In this document: positions 20,593-31,316 of the stretch, in pieces
Position numbering within the stretch: the stretch's first letter is position 1
Layout of the letters: the number at the start of each line of letters is the position of its first letter
DNA from: Gemmatimonadaceae bacterium
Lineage (GTDB): Bacteria > Gemmatimonadota > Gemmatimonadetes > Gemmatimonadales > Gemmatimonadaceae
Assembly: GCA_051859245.1 (NCBI GenBank)
Contig: JBHYGA010000001.1
Coordinates: forward strand, 384,001-448,000
Direction of reading: 5' to 3'
DNA: 64,000 nt
Position numbers and translations under genes: made by a program
The notes under the pieces: model-generated
Database searches by the model: none
What the model was told of the DNA's origin: nothing
Seen by the model: the letters and a program-made list of their open reading frames with translations, nothing else

Positions 20593-21743
20593 GTGGCGTC
20601 TGTGGAGCCGCGGCGCGAACGCACCGGATACACAAGTTGCGCGGCGAATCCGTCCGGTACATCGCTCTCGTGAATGCCATACCCTTCGGGCCACGCGCCC
20701 TCGGGGCCGTAATAGGTACCAAACAGCTTATCGAGGAACGGAAAGTGCACCGCAAAGTTCTTGTCGATGGCGTCACGCTCAATCGCGTGATGCCAGTGGT
20801 GAAAGCGTGGCGTGACAATCACCGACTCCACCCAACGCGGAAAACGCCACGACACATTGCTGTGGATGAACACGGCGTGCACTGACACGAACACCAGATA
20901 CGCGTACAGCGGCCCGGTATCAAAACCGAGCACAAACAGTGGAACGAACGTGAGCCCTCGCGTGAGCACGATGTCCACAATGTGCAAGCGCGAGCCCGCC
21001 AGCCAGTCCATCTCGGTGCTCGAATGATGCACCGCATGAAACGGCCACAGCCATCGAGACTTGTGGAAGAACCGATGAATGCTGTATTCGGCGAGATCGG
21101 CGACCAGCATGCACTGCAGGAATTGCAGCACGGCCGGCTGCGCGCGAACCGCCGACTGTAAGGCCGGATGAATGGCCCAGTCGAAAAACACCTGCGCAGG
21201 CATGAGCGTGAGCAGCGTTGACACCTGCACGAGCAGATGACTGACAAAAAAGTAGATGGTGTCGGTGGTCCAGCCACGTCGGAACACTGTTTGTCCGCGC
21301 CTGTGCGGCCACAGTTTTTCCAGTGGCACAAACACGATCGCGAGCAGCAGCAGGTTGAGCAGGAACCAGTCGAGGCCGAGATAGACCGGCGTCTTGGGCA
21401 CGGCGCCTTCGTACGGAATGTTGCCACCACCCCCCAGCGCAGCGGTCATAGCCAGCACAACACCGGTAATGCCGAGTGTTTTGCGGCGACGCAACAACAG
21501 ACTCAGAAAACCCAGTAGAAAACCGGCGCCAATCACCAGTTGGATGGTGGTGCGCACGATCGGCATGGGCAGCACCGCGCGCACATCCGGACTCGTCAAC
21601 AGCTCGGGCACATAAAAACAGGCGACAGCGCCGACGGCCAGCACGCCGAAGAACAACGAGATGGTACCGCTCACCCATCCGGAGCCTACGTGTGTAGGTT
21701 CGTCGTCGCCAAAGACGCGTGCTACCCGATCGTCGAGACTCAT
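20589..21743 (-). CDS. Sterol desaturase / fatty acid hydroxylase family protein with extra N-terminal TM helices
   Basis: His boxes HRFFH, HAVHH, FIHSN, HHWHH; DKLFGTY. Confidence 0.9.
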   Translation of the reverse strand: MSLDDRVARVFGDDEPTHVGSGWVSGTISLFFGVLAVGAVACFYVPELLTSPDVRAVLPMPIVRTTIQLVIGAGFLLGFLSLLLRRRKTLGITGVVLAMTAALGGGGNIPYEGAVPKTPVYLGLDWFLLNLLLLAIVFVPLEKLWPHRRGQTVFRRGWTTDTIYFFVSHLLVQVSTLLTLMPAQVFFDWAIHPALQSAVRAQPAVLQFLQCMLVADLAEYSIHRFFHKSRWLWPFHAVHHSSTEMDWLAGSRLHIVDIVLTRGLTFVPLFVLGFDTGPLYAYLVFVSVHAVFIHSNVSWRFPRWVESVIVTPRFHHWHHAIERDAIDKNFAVHFPFLDKLFGTYYGPEGAWPEGYGIHESDVPDGFAAQLVYPVRSRRGSTDAT

Positions 21744-21810
21744 GGGTGCAAAATCAACACGATGTTGTGCGGTGCGCCAAGTTTTGATCGCGCGAACGCG
21801 GCACCATGGC

Positions 21811-22185
21811 CTATCGGTGCTGGTCCACGAGGATCGTATTGCCGTCCGGGTCCACCACGACAAAGCTTGCCGGGCCCGACGTGGACTCGTCGGCTTCGGT
21901 GACGAACGCGATGCCCTGTGCTTTCAGTGCCTGTTGAATCTCCCGCACGTCAGCGAACTCAGCGAGGTTTTTCGCATTGCTGTCCCACCCGGGATTGAAC
22001 GTGAGAATGTTCTCTGAGAACATCCCCTGGAACAGTCCGATGATCGTTTCGTCCTCATTCTTCATGATCAGCCAGTTCTGGGACTGATCGCCCCCGAACT
22101 GAGTGAATCCGAACTTCTCGTAGAAGGCTCGCGAAGCGGCGATGTCTTTGACTGCGAGACTCACGGAGAACGCACCGAGTTTCAT
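21811..22185 (-). CDS. VOC/glyoxalase family protein
   Basis: MKLGAFSVSLAVKD..AS.AFYEK.GF, DPDGN.IL.DQH; AGGAG RBS. Confidence 0.9.
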   Translation of the reverse strand: MKLGAFSVSLAVKDIAASRAFYEKFGFTQFGGDQSQNWLIMKNEDETIIGLFQGMFSENILTFNPGWDSNAKNLAEFADVREIQQALKAQGIAFVTEADESTSGPASFVVVDPDGNTILVDQHR

Positions 22186-22370
22186 TGCCGCTCCTGGCTG
22201 GTGGGAGGAATTCGTGCGCTGCCGCACAATGAAATGTGCGTCTACGGCGTGAACGTCAAGCTGGATGGCCAGAAGATCGTGCGGACAGCCCGGCCGTTGC
22301 GAGAGACTCCGGCCGCAGCGGGGTACTCTGCAACACGAGCGGGTCCCTTGGCACCGAACAACACGACCAG

Positions 22371-23735
22371 ATGAGCGTACTTGGATGGATGACAGCCGTT
22401 GGGGCCCTGCTGCTGCTCATGGCGCTGCTGTCAGCGGTCGTCGAGCGGCTGCCGATCTCAACGTCTCTCATCTACCTGATGGTTGGCCTGGGGCTCGGTC
22501 CGTTGGGCTTCGGCCTGATGCAGCTCAATGTCGACACTCAGCGTGTGTGGTTGGAGACGCTCACGGAGATCGCGGTCATCGTCTCGCTGTTCGTGGGCGG
22601 ACTTCGTCTGCGACTGCCGCTCAAGAACAGCGCCTGGTTCGTGGCGCTTCGACTTGCGGGCCCCGTCATGCTGCTGTCCATCGTTGGTGTCGCGGCGACG
22701 GCTCACCTGCTGCTCGGGCTTCCCGTGGCGGTCGCGCTCCTGCTCGGCGCCATTGTAGCTCCCACCGACCCAGTCCTCGCGGCTGAAGTTGCCGTGCATG
22801 ACGCGGAAGATCATGATCGCGTGCGCTATGGCCTCTCGGGTGAGGCCGGACTGAACGACGGTGCTGCATTCCCGTTCGTGATATTCGGACTTGAGTTCAT
22901 GCGTGCTGGCGGTGTTGACGCATGGATCGGCGAATGGATGCTCAGTCGTGTGCTGTGGGCAGTGCCGGCGGGTATTGCGATCGGCTATCTCCTGGGCACC
23001 GGCGTAGGTCAGCTGGCGATTCGCGTGCGTTCTCGCAGCAATCACGCGAGCGCGCCCAATGACTTTCTTGCGCTCGCACTTATCGCGCTGTCGTACGTTG
23101 CGGCAGAATACGCGCACGCGTGGGGCTTTCTGGCCGTGTTCGCGGCCGGCGTTGGGCTTCGACATGCGGAGGTGCGCGTAGTGCGTGCATCGCCGCATCA
23201 CGAACACGCTCACGTGGCTGATCCTGTGGGTGCGCAAGCCGAGAATCACCCGCCGGCGGAAACGCTCGTCAGTGCGCAGAAAAGTGATGAACCGAATCAG
23301 CAGCCAGCCATGGCGGCTGGCATATTGATCGCGGAAGCGCTGTCCTTTGGCGACACGCTCGAACGGATGCTCGAAGTGCTGCTGGTTGTGCTCGTTGGCA
23401 TCGCCGTGGCGAGCGTGTGGAGATGGCAGGGCGCGCTACTCGCTTTGCTCCTGTTCGCCATTATTCGTCCCGCGGCCACCTGGCTGTCCATGACCGGCTC
23501 ACGCACATCACGTGCGCAACGCTGGCTGCTCGGCTGGTTCGGCATTCGCGGCATTGGCAGTCTGTACTATCTGAGCTACGCATTGAATCACGGCGTGCCG
23601 AGTGGTGCTGCTGAGCAGTTGGTGGGCCTCGTGGTCACCGTGGTAGCATGCAGCATTGTGGTGCATGGCATTACGGTGACGCCGGCGTTGCAGTGGTACG
23701 AGCGATCCCTTGCCAGGCGCACCGCATCGGCCTGA
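22371..23735 (+). CDS. CPA1 (NhaP-type) cation:proton antiporter
   Basis: APTDPVLA, GEAGLNDG, WFGIRGIGSLYY; many TM helices. Confidence 0.92.
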   Translation: MSVLGWMTAVGALLLLMALLSAVVERLPISTSLIYLMVGLGLGPLGFGLMQLNVDTQRVWLETLTEIAVIVSLFVGGLRLRLPLKNSAWFVALRLAGPVMLLSIVGVAATAHLLLGLPVAVALLLGAIVAPTDPVLAAEVAVHDAEDHDRVRYGLSGEAGLNDGAAFPFVIFGLEFMRAGGVDAWIGEWMLSRVLWAVPAGIAIGYLLGTGVGQLAIRVRSRSNHASAPNDFLALALIALSYVAAEYAHAWGFLAVFAAGVGLRHAEVRVVRASPHHEHAHVADPVGAQAENHPPAETLVSAQKSDEPNQQPAMAAGILIAEALSFGDTLERMLEVLLVVLVGIAVASVWRWQGALLALLLFAIIRPAATWLSMTGSRTSRAQRWLLGWFGIRGIGSLYYLSYALNHGVPSGAAEQLVGLVVTVVACSIVVHGITVTPALQWYERSLARRTASA

Positions 23736-23866
23736 CCAACGCGCTGCGATGTCGGCAGATTCCGTACATGCGCAGATGGAATACCCGACGCTTCTGCGCA
23801 TTTGGGCCCGTATAGTGAAAGGAGCAATGGTCAGCGTGCCAACTTCCACATGCGGAGGGCGTCATC

Positions 23867-26710
23867 ATGCGCTCGCGATCGTCAGCAACTGCACGATTCG
23901 TCCGACTGCCCGCAATGGTGGCGCTCGCTACGTGCTTCTCGGCGTGTGGTGACAGCAGCACGGCACCTCCGCCAGCAGTGACCGTATCGATCACCGCGAG
24001 TAGCACCGACATTGACGCCGGCGCAACTGTCGCGTTGACCGCTAGCGTATTGAACAGCAGCAATACTGGCGTACGGTGGCAGACAACGGGTGGCGCGCTC
24101 TCGCCAAGTGGTCTTACTGCTACGTTCACGGCGCCATTTACTGGCGGTAGCTACACGATCAAGGCAACGAGTCTGGCCGATACCACGCGTCAGGCAAGTG
24201 TCACGATCAACGTGCGCACCGTCACCATCACGGTCACCCCCGCTACGATCACGCTTGGTGCATCGGCGGTGCAAACATTCACGGCCACGGTCACCAACTC
24301 CGTGAACACCGGATTGCAATGGAGCGCGACCGCCGGCACCATCACGGGAACGGGGAGCACTATCTCGTATGCCGCACCGATCCGCGGTGGTATCTACACG
24401 CTCACCGCAACGAGCGTCGCCGATTCTACTCGTCGTGCCAGCAGCAGCATCACCGTCACTCCCGTGACATTGCGCCTCTCCGCAGACAGCGCTGTGCTGG
24501 TGCGAGGCGAACGGCTGGTTTTGACTGCCGATGTCACCGGCACACCGTTTACGGATGTCACATGGACGGGCACGTGCGTACCCGTCTCAACCGCGGGCAA
24601 CACCGTGACGTACTCTCCATTATTCGCCGGCGCATGTCAGATCACGGCGCGAAGCGTGACCGACACAAGTGTGTCGACCACATCCAGTGTGCGCGTTCGT
24701 CCAGTGTTTCGCACAACCCACTTTGACGACACAGATGATGGCAGCTGCAACACAACGCACTGCTCGCTTCGCGAAGCAATTGCGGCGGCGAACGCCGCGA
24801 ACGATGTGGACTCGGTGCTCATTTCTTCTGTCACACCGGTGACCATCACCTTGTCGAGTGCGCTGCCGAGCATCACGAGTCCAATGCATGTCGCAGGCAC
24901 GAGTTCATCACGAATCACGATCGACGCGGCCGCATCGCTGGTCGCGCAGCGCCGTGTACTCGACGTAAACGGTACCGTCACCGGTTCGATCAGCGGGTTG
25001 ACGCTACGCGGAGGAATACGCGACATCGGCGGCGGTCTCTCGCTGCAGCGCGTCACGGATTGGGAAGTGCGAGACGTGCTGGTGACGCGCAATGACGCCC
25101 GACTTGGCACCGGCGGCGGCGTGCACATCAGCGCTGGCGCACGCGTGCGCTTCAGCAGCGTGGATATCACGTCCAATCGAACGTTGACGGGAAGCGGCGG
25201 TGGTGCTGGGTTGAATGTGCAAGATGGCGCGATTGTTCAACTCACCAAGACACGCGTGTCCGACAACGAATCCGAGGCGAGTGGCGGGGGGGTACGCGTG
25301 AACAGCGCTCAGCTCATTCTCGACGGTGTCCGCATTGATCGAAACCGCGCTGGCACCAACGGGGGTGGCCTCGCCCTCAGTGGCGGCGCCGAAGTGCGCG
25401 CGAGTACTTCGATGATTGAGGAGAACACGGTCGCGGCCGGGAGGGGAGGCGGCGTGTACGGAATCGGCGCTCGCGTGTTCTTCGCTGGGGTGACGGTGCG
25501 TCGCAATGTGGCCGCACAAGGCGCGGGTGGCGGTCTGGCATTGCTTGACGGCGCCGAGTGGCGCATGACGGGCGGAGCGATCAGCGAGAACCGTGCTTCT
25601 ACGGGTAGCGGAGGCGGAGCGTACGTTGCGAATACCGAGGCGCGGCTCGACAGTGTCGAGGTGCGAAGCAATGGAGCATTCGCAACCGGCGGCGCGATCA
25701 GTTCCGAGGCGCTGGGTTATGTGGTGCTCGATCGTGTCGCGTTTACACTCAACACGGTGAACGGCACGTTCGGGCCCGAAGGTGGACTCGGCGGTGCAGT
25801 GTCTGTTCGCGGCAATACGATCGTAAATATCACGCGAAGCGTGTTCAGTCAGAATGTTTCGACCGGCAGTGGCGGCGCGGTGCATGCCGCGAACACTGCA
25901 CCAATCAGCATTACCGATTCACGATTCGAGGGGAACAACGCCGTGGCAAACGGTGGTGCGATTGAATCCCGAGGTGACGGTACGCTCACGGTGCTTCGCG
26001 CCGTGATACGTGACAATTCGACAACCAGTGGGGCCGGCGGTGGGGTCGCGCTGTTCGGGCCGTTTCTGATTGAACAGTCAACCATCAGCAGCAATCGATC
26101 AACGAACAGTACCGGCGGTGGCGTCTATGTGAGTCCGGGTGCGCCGAACCCGCTGAGTTCAAGAACCATTCGAAACAGTACCATTTCTGGTAATAGTGCA
26201 GGCTTCGGCGGTGGACTCGCCGTTGGTGGTCCTTCGCCAGCTGGCGTGGTGCAAGTGTGGCACGTGTCCATCGTGGGGAACCGCGCGCAGCACTCGAGTG
26301 GCGGTATCGGAATCATGACAGCGCCGGGCGCGGTGCTGATCAACTCACTGCTCGCGGGCAACATCGGTGCTCAGGGAGCGGCGAACTGCAGTCAGTCCAC
26401 GCCGCCCGCTCCGACGTCGCTGGGTGGTAACCTGAGTGATGACGCGAGCTGCACCGGCCTCATCACTCTCACAGATCGAGTGAACGTGCCAGCCGGTGTG
26501 GCGCTCACGTTGTCAGACAACGGCGGAAGTACGTTGACCCATGCACTGCTGCCGGGAAGTATGGCCATCAACGGTGGTCTGCTGCCGCACTGCGTCCCAA
26601 CGGATCAGCGCGGTTGGCAGCGAATCGGGCTGTGTGATATCGGGGCGTTTGAGTTCGGCGCGAGCGGTACGGGGGCGAGGACTGTTGTGCGATTACCTGC
26701 TGGAAAGTGA
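23867..26710 (+). CDS. Large surface lipoprotein: three Ig-like repeats, CSLREA domain, beta-helix (GGG/GGA repeats), choice-of-anchor-Q-like C-terminus
   Basis: Lipobox FSAC; repeated T..ATS.AD.TR.AS; CSLREAI; DNGG.T.THALL.GS, DQRG..R..CDIGAFE. Confidence 0.8.
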   Translation: MRSRSSATARFVRLPAMVALATCFSACGDSSTAPPPAVTVSITASSTDIDAGATVALTASVLNSSNTGVRWQTTGGALSPSGLTATFTAPFTGGSYTIKATSLADTTRQASVTINVRTVTITVTPATITLGASAVQTFTATVTNSVNTGLQWSATAGTITGTGSTISYAAPIRGGIYTLTATSVADSTRRASSSITVTPVTLRLSADSAVLVRGERLVLTADVTGTPFTDVTWTGTCVPVSTAGNTVTYSPLFAGACQITARSVTDTSVSTTSSVRVRPVFRTTHFDDTDDGSCNTTHCSLREAIAAANAANDVDSVLISSVTPVTITLSSALPSITSPMHVAGTSSSRITIDAAASLVAQRRVLDVNGTVTGSISGLTLRGGIRDIGGGLSLQRVTDWEVRDVLVTRNDARLGTGGGVHISAGARVRFSSVDITSNRTLTGSGGGAGLNVQDGAIVQLTKTRVSDNESEASGGGVRVNSAQLILDGVRIDRNRAGTNGGGLALSGGAEVRASTSMIEENTVAAGRGGGVYGIGARVFFAGVTVRRNVAAQGAGGGLALLDGAEWRMTGGAISENRASTGSGGGAYVANTEARLDSVEVRSNGAFATGGAISSEALGYVVLDRVAFTLNTVNGTFGPEGGLGGAVSVRGNTIVNITRSVFSQNVSTGSGGAVHAANTAPISITDSRFEGNNAVANGGAIESRGDGTLTVLRAVIRDNSTTSGAGGGVALFGPFLIEQSTISSNRSTNSTGGGVYVSPGAPNPLSSRTIRNSTISGNSAGFGGGLAVGGPSPAGVVQVWHVSIVGNRAQHSSGGIGIMTAPGAVLINSLLAGNIGAQGAANCSQSTPPAPTSLGGNLSDDASCTGLITLTDRVNVPAGVALTLSDNGGSTLTHALLPGSMAINGGLLPHCVPTDQRGWQRIGLCDIGAFEFGASGTGARTVVRLPAGK

Positions 26711-29700
26711 GCTCACTGCCCCGCACCCGTCTGCCTCTTCACACGAGGGATCAACCGGTGCCAGACCGAGACGCGACAGCTGCGCATTCACCGCGCTCAG
26801 GTCCTCCTTCATGATGCGATCAAGCTCGGTGCGATAACCTGCCAACTCGTCGCGCAGAATACCAAAGATCTCCGGCATGTAGGTACCCGGCGGACCATCG
26901 CCGCGCTCTGACATGGAGAGCAGGTTCGCCAACCGATTGTTGACGCGGATCGGATAGTTGAGCGGATCCTGTCCGCTCTGATTCTTCACCTGATAGATCT
27001 TTTGTTCCACATCAGATGCCTTGCGCACCAGTTCGGCGGCGCTGCGCGCGAGCGCACCGTCCTTTGATTGCGTGAGGCGCTGGGCCACCTGCGCCTTGAC
27101 TCGGCGAATCGCAATCACCGCTTCATTTGCTTCTGTGGCCTTGTCGCGAACCATCCGACCGAACTGGTATTGCTTGTGCAGGTCACTATCCGTGACATCG
27201 GCGATCAGCGGGTTACGCTGCACGATGAGCGGCGCATTCATGACTTGACCATCCACGCTCAGGCGCATTGAATAGCGGCCTGGCGGCACCGCTGGTCCGT
27301 TCAACCCGGCGCCCCATAAAATCATGCCCGGAAAACCAACAATCGGATTTGTCCGCAGATCCCACGCAAAACTGTTGAGACCGGCGCGGTTCGGGAGCCA
27401 GCTGACGCGTGCGCCACGACGCCCACCACCTGCTGCCTGCGCCGAGCTGTCACCACGCGTGGTGTCAATCGAGAACGTGCGCAGCACCGCGCCTGTGGAG
27501 TCGATGATGTCGAGCTGGGCGCGCGAGGCTGGCTTCGCGAGCGTGTAACTGATGTTCGCACCGTTCGTTGAACGCAGCGCCGGCGGCGGCGTAAACAGGT
27601 GATTGGCCGACGCGTTCAGTGCGGGTGTCCACTGACGAAGTGGACCAATGTTGTCGAGAATCCAGAAGCCGCGTCCGTGCGTGCCGATCACCAGCTCATT
27701 CGCTTCAACAATCAGGTCCGCAACGGGCGTGGAGGGCATGTTGAGCGAGAGATCACTCCACGACGCGCCGTCGTCGTACGAAATCACGACACCGCGCTGT
27801 GTGCCCGCGTAGAGCAAACCGCGCCGCGTCGGATCCTCACGCACGACGTGGACGTAGGCATCGGCTGCAATGCCATTCGTGATTTTCGTCCACGATGCGC
27901 CGAAGTCGTTCGTGCGAAAAATGTAGGGCGCGCGATCATTGAGCAGTGGTCGACGCACCGACACATATGCGGTACCGTCGTCAAATACCGACGCGTCGAT
28001 CTGGCTAACGCGTCCGAAGTCCGGCATGTCTTTGGGGGTGACGTTTGTCCATGTGGTGCCGCCGTCGCGCGTGACATGCACCAGACCGTCGTCGGAACCT
28101 GTCCAGATAATGTTGGTGTTTCGCTTGCCGGGACCCACCGCAAAGATGGTGGCGTACACTTCGGGTCCATTCATGTCGCCCGTAATCGGACCGCCAGACG
28201 GACCAAGTGTTGACGGGTCATGACGTGTGAGATCGGGGCTGCGATTCGCCCACGTCAGACCACCGTCGGTGGTGCTCCACAAACGCTGCGATGACACGAA
28301 CAGCAGCTTCGGATCCGCTTGCGAAAAAATGATCGGGAACGTCCACTGCCAGCGTTCACGAATCGCGCTGGCCGGCTCGCCCGAATAGAACCAGGGATAC
28401 GGGTTCACTTCGCGACTGAATCCTGTGCGACGATTGTATTTGTCGAGATACCGACCGTTGTTTGTGCCGGCGTAGAACACATCGACGTCGAGTGGGTCAG
28501 GTGCGATGTAACCAGGCTCGCCACCACCCACACCATACGACACAGCCATGCCACCGGCGGTCAGGTCAACCGGACGCGCGGCGTTGGCTGGGGCATTCCG
28601 GGTCGCGTTAAACCGCGCGAGATTCCAGTTGCTCGGTACGCACAACGTACTGTTGTCTTGCTGCGACCCGCACACATGAAACGGCTGATGCTTGGTGGTA
28701 ATAACGTGATACCACTGCTCCGTGGAGAAGTCCTGCTCTGTGTACGCGCCGCCGGTGTTTGTGGTCACGGTGCCACCACCGTCGTTCGCGACTACCAGAT
28801 GCGCGGGATCTGCGGGATCGATCCACAGATCGTGAAAGTCACCATGCGTGCCGTTTCCGATGGACTGCAACGTCTTGCCGCCGTCAGCGGAGCGGAAGAA
28901 CGACACGTTTTGCACGTACACGACATCGGCATTCTGATGATCCGCAAACAGATGGGTGTAGTAGAACGCACGCTGCCGAATTGCGCGATCACTGTTCACT
29001 AGCTCCCACGTGGCGCCGGCATCGTTGCTGCGAAACAGTCCGCCATTTTCGTGTTCGATCAGCGCATACACGCGGTTGGGATCAGCGGCGGTCACCGCAA
29101 CGCCAATGCGTCCAACAAGACCCTTCGCGGGCAGGCCCTTGTTGCGCGTGAGTTCCTTCCACGTTTCGCCGCCGTCGGTACTCTTGAATAATCCGCTCCC
29201 CGGACCGCCGCTCGACATCTGATATTCCTTGCGGTACGCCTCCCACAAGGCGGCGTACATCACATTCGGATTCTTGCGGTCAATCGTGATGTCAACTGCA
29301 CCGGTCTTGCCATCACGAAAGAGCACTTTGCGCCAGCTCTTGCCGCCATCGGTGCTCTTGAACACGCCCCGCTCATCACTCGGCACACTGTACTGACCAA
29401 ACGCTGCTACAAAGACAATGTCGGGATTCGTGGGGTGAATGCGAATCTTTGAAATCGCATCAACGGTGCGAAATCCCATGTGTGTCCACGTCTTGCCTGC
29501 ATCGCCACTGCGGTACACGCCATCGCCCGGCATGATGTTGCCGCGAATGGCCGATTCGCCCATGCCAATGAACACCACGTCCGGATTGGATTCACTCACG
29601 GCCACGGCGCCAACTGACGCACTATTCACCTGGCCGTCGGTCACGGGTACCCACGTTTGCCCGCTATCTACGGTTTTCCAGAGTCCACCGCCGGTAGCGC

Positions 29701-29950
29701 CGAAGTACGCCTCGTTTCGCCGGCCCACCACACCACTTGCGGCAATGGAGCGTCCACCGCGGCCCGGGCCGAGATTTCGCCAGCGATAGTTCCTGAGCAG
29801 CGCCGAATCCGGCGCAACAGTGCGCACAGCCGTTCGTGCGGTTGACTGCGCGTTCGCGCGCGCGTGCGACGAATCAGGCGTACCGAGAGCACTTGCCCAC
29901 AGTGCGGCAGAGGCGATGGCAGCGGTCAGAACAGGGCGAATGACATTCAT
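26693..29950 (-). CDS. VPS10/BNR-repeat glycosyl-hydrolase-like secreted protein
   Basis: WRNLGP.RGGR, many S.DGG.TW Asp-boxes; signal peptide; GGAG-rich upstream. Confidence 0.88.
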   Translation of the reverse strand: MNVIRPVLTAAIASAALWASALGTPDSSHARANAQSTARTAVRTVAPDSALLRNYRWRNLGPGRGGRSIAASGVVGRRNEAYFGATGGGLWKTVDSGQTWVPVTDGQVNSASVGAVAVSESNPDVVFIGMGESAIRGNIMPGDGVYRSGDAGKTWTHMGFRTVDAISKIRIHPTNPDIVFVAAFGQYSVPSDERGVFKSTDGGKSWRKVLFRDGKTGAVDITIDRKNPNVMYAALWEAYRKEYQMSSGGPGSGLFKSTDGGETWKELTRNKGLPAKGLVGRIGVAVTAADPNRVYALIEHENGGLFRSNDAGATWELVNSDRAIRQRAFYYTHLFADHQNADVVYVQNVSFFRSADGGKTLQSIGNGTHGDFHDLWIDPADPAHLVVANDGGGTVTTNTGGAYTEQDFSTEQWYHVITTKHQPFHVCGSQQDNSTLCVPSNWNLARFNATRNAPANAARPVDLTAGGMAVSYGVGGGEPGYIAPDPLDVDVFYAGTNNGRYLDKYNRRTGFSREVNPYPWFYSGEPASAIRERWQWTFPIIFSQADPKLLFVSSQRLWSTTDGGLTWANRSPDLTRHDPSTLGPSGGPITGDMNGPEVYATIFAVGPGKRNTNIIWTGSDDGLVHVTRDGGTTWTNVTPKDMPDFGRVSQIDASVFDDGTAYVSVRRPLLNDRAPYIFRTNDFGASWTKITNGIAADAYVHVVREDPTRRGLLYAGTQRGVVISYDDGASWSDLSLNMPSTPVADLIVEANELVIGTHGRGFWILDNIGPLRQWTPALNASANHLFTPPPALRSTNGANISYTLAKPASRAQLDIIDSTGAVLRTFSIDTTRGDSSAQAAGGGRRGARVSWLPNRAGLNSFAWDLRTNPIVGFPGMILWGAGLNGPAVPPGRYSMRLSVDGQVMNAPLIVQRNPLIADVTDSDLHKQYQFGRMVRDKATEANEAVIAIRRVKAQVAQRLTQSKDGALARSAAELVRKASDVEQKIYQVKNQSGQDPLNYPIRVNNRLANLLSMSERGDGPPGTYMPEIFGILRDELAGYRTELDRIMKEDLSAVNAQLSRLGLAPVDPSCEEADGCGAVSSLSSR

Positions 29951-29996
29951 GGCACGGCGGGAGGGAGGGCGGCAGGACCAACCGGGAACACAGTGC

Positions 29997-31316
29997 TTAC
30001 AACATGCCCGACAATAGTGTGGCAATGCCCAGAAAACTTGCAAATCCAACGATATCCGTCACGGTCGTGAGAATGATTGACGACGACTGCGCCGGGTCCT
30101 GACCAATCTTGGTGAGTCCTGTGGGGACCAGTACGCCCGCGATGCCGGCAGCGGCCATCGACATCACCATCGACGCACCGATCACCAGCGCGAGCCCCAC
30201 CGACCGGCTCCAGATCCACACCGCCGCTGAGGTGGTGAGTGCCACCGCCACGCCGTTGAACAACGCCACGCTGGCTTCCTTGCGCACGACGCTGAGCCAC
30301 TGACCGATGCGAATCTCACGCATTGCCAGACCGCGCATGGTGACCGCGAGTGCTTGCGCGCCCGTGTTGCCGGACTGACCGGCGACCACCGGCAACAACA
30401 CGGCAAGGGCGGTAAATCGCGCAATCGTATCTTCGAACAAGCCAACGACTGACGCGGCAAGAAACGCGGTGAGCAAGTTGATCTGCAGCCACGGCAGTCG
30501 CTTGCGCACCGCAAACGATACGGGTGACAGAGCACGTTCTTCACGGTTCACGCCAACCATGGTGAGCATGTCGGCGGCGACATCTTCCTGAGCGGTGAGT
30601 GCCAATGTGTCGTAACTCACCACCCCGATCAGACGGCCTTCGAAGTCCACAACCGGGAGGCTGGTCAAACGCCCCTTGGTGAAGTGTTCGACGACTTCAT
30701 CTTGTGGATCAATCGCCTGCACGGAAACGGCGGGCTGCACCAGCGTTTCAACCAACGTGTCAGGTTCGGCAAGCGCGAGTCGCTGCAACGACACCGTGCC
30801 GGTGAGAAAGCCGTCATCGTCGGTGAAGAACACATCGGCCATGCGCTGCGCTCGACCTGCTCGCAAACGCACGAGCGCCTGTTGAGCCGTTGTGCCTGGT
30901 TTCACGCCAATCGCGCGCGGATCCATCAGGCGACCTGCCGTTTCGGGCGGATACTCCGCGATCAGCTGCAATTCCCGCGTAAGCCCGGGATCCAGCAGTG
31001 CCAGCAGCGCTGTACGAGGTTCCTGGTCGAGCCACGCGAGCAGGGCAGCAACTCGCATCGGATCCATGGCGCTTGCAAGGTCACGACGCGCGTTGTCAGG
31101 AAGCATCTCCAGCACATCGGCAGCAATTCGCGGCTCAAGTCGCTCCATGAGCGCCGTCGCGTACCGCAGCGGCTCGGCGCGCACAAGTCGTGCGATTTCC
31201 TTGACCGGTAGATCATCGAGTCGACGGGTCGCTTCGTCGGGAAACTCACGCAAGAACGTGCGTGCCAGCTTCTCGAATCCTGCCGCGGCATCATTCTTCA
31301 CGAGCCGTCTCCGCAT
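29997..31316 (-). CDS. mgtE: Magnesium transporter MgtE (start may be GTG 31301)
   Basis: MgtE_N, YP.ETAG.LM, CBS pair, RLPWL..NL, GNTGAQA, DPA....LTTVTD. Confidence 0.93.
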   Translation of the reverse strand: MRRRLVKNDAAAGFEKLARTFLREFPDEATRRLDDLPVKEIARLVRAEPLRYATALMERLEPRIAADVLEMLPDNARRDLASAMDPMRVAALLAWLDQEPRTALLALLDPGLTRELQLIAEYPPETAGRLMDPRAIGVKPGTTAQQALVRLRAGRAQRMADVFFTDDDGFLTGTVSLQRLALAEPDTLVETLVQPAVSVQAIDPQDEVVEHFTKGRLTSLPVVDFEGRLIGVVSYDTLALTAQEDVAADMLTMVGVNREERALSPVSFAVRKRLPWLQINLLTAFLAASVVGLFEDTIARFTALAVLLPVVAGQSGNTGAQALAVTMRGLAMREIRIGQWLSVVRKEASVALFNGVAVALTTSAAVWIWSRSVGLALVIGASMVMSMAAAGIAGVLVPTGLTKIGQDPAQSSSIILTTVTDIVGFASFLGIATLLSGML

